DNA of 64,000 nucleotides from an uncultured cyanobacterium. Lineage in GTDB: Bacteria; Cyanobacteriota; Cyanobacteriia; Phormidesmidales; Phormidesmidaceae. The position numbers and the translations under genes are program-made. Below the pieces are notes generated by a model. That model saw only the letters and a program-made list of their open reading frames with translations, made no database searches and was not told where the DNA came from. Within the stretch, counting starts at the first letter, position 1. Every line of letters begins with the position of its first letter. The DNA lies in the NCBI GenBank assembly GCA_963793265.1, contig CAWBZI010000002.1:416001-480000 (forward strand), given 5' to 3'. Positions 60,301 through 64,000 of this stretch are shown piece by piece.

Positions 60301-60666
60301 TTGAAATCCATAATTCTCTTGACTGGCCGGCCTTCTAAAGGTCAGCCACAGCCTCTAGCACCCACTCAACAAACTATCTCCGAAAATCTCAACCCGCTCC
60401 CGCAGCTCACCACCTCCGGCACCCCGCAAAAGAAATCCGTTCGCCATATTCTGCTAGGCGAACCCGACGCCATCCGCCAAACCATTCACTTGTTGCATAC
60501 GCTGCACTACACCGAAACCATCTTGTGGAGCCCCGTTTTGACCATTGAAGAGCCATTGATAATGACGCCAATAGATACTTGCAATACAACCAGTCTGAGC
60601 CTTTTAATCGCTACAGAAAATCCAAAGAAAGCTAGAAACAACTGCAACAGCAGCGGCGTACCCTAA
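60301..60666 (+). CDS. Small cyanobacterial hypothetical protein, possibly 3'-truncated
   Basis: GGAG at 60291 and TTG at 60301 in frame; VRHILLGEPDAIRQTIHLLHTLHY.E..LWS motif; sequence becomes atypical after EPLIMTP. Confidence 0.5.
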   Translation: MKSIILLTGRPSKGQPQPLAPTQQTISENLNPLPQLTTSGTPQKKSVRHILLGEPDAIRQTIHLLHTLHYTETILWSPVLTIEEPLIMTPIDTCNTTSLSLLIATENPKKARNNCNSSGVP

Positions 60667-60765
60667 AAAAACTCAACGTAAACCCAACTATTGATAAAAA
60701 TGCGAGATAGCGTAAAGCCGTCCATGAGCTTTGGCCTAATGTCTTTTGACTGTTTTTACTTAATT

Positions 60766-60799
60766 AAAAAGGCAACCGTAACTGATTACGGTTGCCTTT
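60766..60799 (-). terminator. Intrinsic terminator for the minus-strand gene
   Basis: AAAGGCAACCGTAA-CTGA-TTACGGTTGCCTTT perfect 14-bp stem with an A-run on the left. Confidence 0.8.
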
Positions 60800-60860
60800 G
60801 CATGAGACGGATGCGCTATGCGGATACGCTGCTCTTTTATACTGATTGTTCTCTTTTGCG

Positions 60861-61160
60861 TTAGAACATGTAGCGCTTCTCTAACCAGCTCCGCAGTTCT
60901 GTTTCTGAGGCATTGCGAATGATTTTGTCAGAGGCTCTATCATTCGCATTCCAAATAGTTTGACCGCTGGCATCCTGAGTACTCCAAATATAGGGATCAG
61001 AGGAGCCGCAGAGCTGATAGGCTAACGTCTGTAGCAGCGTGTTGAGTCGAGATTTTAAGCTCCTCTGCGTCGAAATAGGAGAATTGGTTGAGTGGAAAGG
61101 CCAGAAAGCGCTATAGCTTGCTTGACGATTTGAGGGGTAGTAAGCACAGTTGTTGATCAT
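60861..61160 (-). CDS. Small cyanobacterial hypothetical protein
   Basis: ATG at 61160 with an AAGGAG RBS; DPYIW..QD..G..W.A.D...SETELRSWLEKRY motif. Confidence 0.65.
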   Translation of the reverse strand: MINNCAYYPSNRQASYSAFWPFHSTNSPISTQRSLKSRLNTLLQTLAYQLCGSSDPYIWSTQDASGQTIWNANDRASDKIIRNASETELRSWLEKRYMF

Positions 61161-61338
61161 AAAAGAATCTCCTTCTTGACTAAGAGAATAGATATTTTCT
61201 ATTTCTTTGGAACATCTATATAGTAAGAAAACGTAGCGAATGATACCAAAAGTAGATCGCATCTTTTGCATGAGCAAGTAGCATGAAAAGACCACCCCTC
61301 GGACAGATTGAACGGCTGATGGTTCTAATTCACTGCCT

Positions 61339-62424
61339 TTATTGAACCCGCACAACCTCAAGATTTCGTTGAGCCAAAGTCTCTTCAAATAGCTCAGTCG
61401 ATAGCGATTGTTCTACCGGCCAAATTCCCGGTTTTGTCAGCCGACCTGAGAGAATAAGCTGCGCGATCGCCCCTGTCCCACTGCCTGCACAGTACGCCGT
61501 ATCCTCATGATCTAGCGTAGAAATATAACTCGCAGGCTTACCATCTTTCTCCCCTTCAATCAGCATTCGCATCGCAATTCCAACCCCCGTACGCGGGTCA
61601 GTCACCTCAGTCATGCGATAGCTAATTTTCGCCAGCGCCTCTATCACCTTAGGACTATTCAAAAAGCCCCTCGGCGCACGAGCCATCAGCCAGGTGAGGC
61701 GATTGTAATAGTCAGGCACAGAGCCAAACTTTGTCACAATCGTTTTCAGCTCAGGAAACGTATCGGCCACCGTTAGCGCCTCAATCGTGTTGAACCAATA
61801 CACGCCACCCTTGCCATAGCGCGGAAACTCAATCACTTCTCTTTCGCTATAGGGTGCGATCGCCCGCCACTTTCCCTTAATCTTCGACATAAACGGCGTT
61901 TGCAATTCAATAAACGTCGTCCGCATCACCGTCACACCCGCCCCACCTGAGCCCGCCACCAAATAGCTCAGGTGCACCTTTTCAGCTTTGTCTAGCTGCT
62001 CAATTCCCTGGCGCACCATACTCCCCGAGATTCCAGGAAAAATGCCCGTCGCCACAATCGCCGTCACGCCTGCATCCTGCGCCTTTTGCCGGTACGTTAG
62101 CGCCTTGTTCACATAGTCGGGGCTATCGGCCACATCCACATAGGGTTTGCCCTGTTCAATGCAGCTCAGCAGCACGTGATGATTGCGGCTGCGGAAAGGC
62201 CCAGCGCAGTGAATGATTAAATCGTATGGCGCGATCGCCGCTACCACTGCCGCCTCATCCGTCAAATCCAAAGGCCGATAAGACTGCCGCTCAGAAAGAT
62301 CGAACGCCGCCGCCGCCATCCTGCCGGTCACCGTCACCTCAGCGTCCGTATGCCTCAGCACATCAGCCGCCACGCTCCGACCAATCCGACCATTGCCGCC
62401 AATCACCAAAACCTGCTGCACCAT
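61339..62424 (-). CDS. Saccharopine dehydrogenase-like oxidoreductase
   Basis: VLVIGGNGRIG, HCAGPF, YVDV, TGIFPGIS, GSGGAG. Confidence 0.85.
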   Translation of the reverse strand: MVQQVLVIGGNGRIGRSVAADVLRHTDAEVTVTGRMAAAAFDLSERQSYRPLDLTDEAAVVAAIAPYDLIIHCAGPFRSRNHHVLLSCIEQGKPYVDVADSPDYVNKALTYRQKAQDAGVTAIVATGIFPGISGSMVRQGIEQLDKAEKVHLSYLVAGSGGAGVTVMRTTFIELQTPFMSKIKGKWRAIAPYSEREVIEFPRYGKGGVYWFNTIEALTVADTFPELKTIVTKFGSVPDYYNRLTWLMARAPRGFLNSPKVIEALAKISYRMTEVTDPRTGVGIAMRMLIEGEKDGKPASYISTLDHEDTAYCAGSGTGAIAQLILSGRLTKPGIWPVEQSLSTELFEETLAQRNLEVVRVQ

Positions 62425-62509
62425 CTCACCCAACCTCAACCGATATTTCTGCGGAGGGCGCAAAGCCTTGCGCCCCTACACATCAACCCTACCGATGCAG
62501 GCTGGCTGC

Positions 62510-62947
62510 TCACATCCCCAAATCGGCTAAAATATCTTCCGCGTGCGTCTCAGTATTGATGCTGTCGTACACCTTCTTAATCACGCCCTTTCCGTCTATT
62601 ACAAAAGTCACACGCTTAGACTTACCGCTACCCTCTACTTCATAAGCCTGAGAAATAGTGCCCTCATCATCAACAATCAAAGGAAATGGCAGATCGAACT
62701 TCTCTTTGAACGCCTGGTGAGAAGCCTCATCGTCATGGCTTACGCCCAAAACAACAATATCTTTGCCGCCATAGGCTTCATAAGAATCGCGAAAGCTGCA
62801 AGCCTGCTTAGTACAGCCCGGCGTGTCGTCTTTAGGATAAAAGTAGAGGACAATCGTCTTGCCCTCAAAATCCGATAGTGATACGGAATTGCCCGCATCG
62901 TCTTTAGCCGTAAAGTTAGGGGCCGTAATACCTGCTGAAAGCGCCAT
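62510..62947 (-). CDS. bcp: Peroxiredoxin Q/BCP
   Basis: VLYFYPKDDTPGCTKQACSFRD, RVTFVID. Confidence 0.92.
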   Translation of the reverse strand: MALSAGITAPNFTAKDDAGNSVSLSDFEGKTIVLYFYPKDDTPGCTKQACSFRDSYEAYGGKDIVVLGVSHDDEASHQAFKEKFDLPFPLIVDDEGTISQAYEVEGSGKSKRVTFVIDGKGVIKKVYDSINTETHAEDILADLGM

Positions 62948-63161
62948 GAACAATTCTCCTAGTAGGGTCTATAAATCTGGATAACGCCAGATTTGAATGG
63001 GCCTCAGTGATTCTATCAAGACACCGCACCTAAGTGGCACATTCTATCGCGCTGGAATAAGACACTCTGTAGCTTTGGAGGTGTATAGCTCATCCCGACG
63101 AAAGGTAACATAGGAACTCTAGCGCTTTATCACCCCTCCATATCTCCGTCCTTAGCCGCTT

Positions 63162-63821
63162 ATGCGCTTTGAAACCCAACGGCTGATACTTCGGCCTTGG
63201 CAACCTAGTCAAGATGCCCGCCATGCGATGGATATCTATGGCGATAGTCAGGTGATGAAATGGATTGATGCTACCGCGATAGATACTTCGCTGCGGCAGG
63301 TGCAGGGGCGATTACAGCGGTATGTAGATAGCCCTAGTGACAAGATCATAGGGAGCTGGGCTGTAGAGCAAAAAGACATTGGTCGTGTCATTGGTCATGT
63401 GCTATTGATGCCGCTGCCTGACTTAGAAAATACGCGCCCAAAGCCAAACGAGTGGGCCGATATTAGAAGTAAGCGCGCTGAGCATATTGAAATTCAATAC
63501 CTAGACGGAATGCCGACTCACTACGTTGAAATTGGCTGGCACTTTCGCCCGGCTAGCTGGGGATTTGGCTATGCCACTGAGGCTGCAAAACGAGTTTGCC
63601 AGGTTGCCTTTGAGCAGCTAGCGCTATCGGTGCTGCTGGCGGTGACAGACCCGAAGAATGTGCGATCGCAGGCCGTCATGCACCGTCTAGGCATGATTCC
63701 CGACGGGCTCACCACTCGCTACTACGGCGGACAACCGTTACTTTTGTACAAACTCTATCCCGTTAAAACGCAGGCAATAGGCGAAATACGGCCTGCTACC
63801 GCCAAATTTCGTTCAAACTAA
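63162..63821 (+). CDS. GNAT (RimJ/RimL-like) N-acetyltransferase
   Basis: ETQRLILRPW, EIGWHF..SWGFGYATEAA, N.RSQAVM.RLGM. Confidence 0.88.
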   Translation: MRFETQRLILRPWQPSQDARHAMDIYGDSQVMKWIDATAIDTSLRQVQGRLQRYVDSPSDKIIGSWAVEQKDIGRVIGHVLLMPLPDLENTRPKPNEWADIRSKRAEHIEIQYLDGMPTHYVEIGWHFRPASWGFGYATEAAKRVCQVAFEQLALSVLLAVTDPKNVRSQAVMHRLGMIPDGLTTRYYGGQPLLLYKLYPVKTQAIGEIRPATAKFRSN

Positions 63822-64000
63822 CAGCAGGGCAACTATAATTTGTGCGCAGCTTTGCAGAACTTTTGGAATTACCTCTGATAGGTGTGTATACATGACGTTT
63901 CAAAGGGAACCACATGGTACAAAGCAAGCGTGCATCGATCGTTATGGGTCAACGAACCCGCCCTCAGCGTATGGATAGCTCAAACCCAAACCCAGAGCAT

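Noticed and set aside
63914..64000. Start of another CDS (MVQSKRASIV...)
   Set aside because: It is open to the window edge but too short to assign or confirm.

Overview
Cyanobacterial chromosomal window: psbA, ndhH and a CruP-like gene are present and the HIP1 octamer GCGATCGC is very frequent; the exact taxon cannot be determined from sequence alone. 1-21.3 kb is an extracellular contractile injection system (eCIS/CIS)-like locus split into two convergent arms. The + arm has the end of a beta-propeller-decorated baseplate/tail protein, a DUF6519-type tail fibre with three 246-bp repeats and an S74-like chaperone, and a membrane alpha/beta hydrolase. The - arm has a MepA-like peptidoglycan endopeptidase, a 1278-aa caspase-lipase fusion, sheath, tube, a chaperone/baseplate-like protein, a long disordered protein, DUF4255/Pvc16, an AAA ATPase and a DUF4157 protein with an unrecognised C-terminal cargo domain. 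23.6-32.9 kb is a divergent purine scavenging/catabolism cluster (xanthine dehydrogenase-like genes, xdhC, mocA; NCS2 permease, adenine deaminase, and a secreted PEP-CTERM nucleoside hydrolase) with an NtcA-like promoter. The remainder is mostly housekeeping (ptrB, cruP, ndhH, rsmH, miaB, psbA, bcp). It is interspersed with two Rpn genes, a decayed type I R-M locus flanking an intact-looking Mrr-like nuclease, a TA-like gene pair, a frameshifted AAA ATPase, a second caspase, a VTC2/GDPGP1-like HIT phosphorylase, and a strongly structured ~200-nt leader RNA behind a consensus promoter at ~60.0-60.3 kb. All family assignments come from motif recognition, not database searches.
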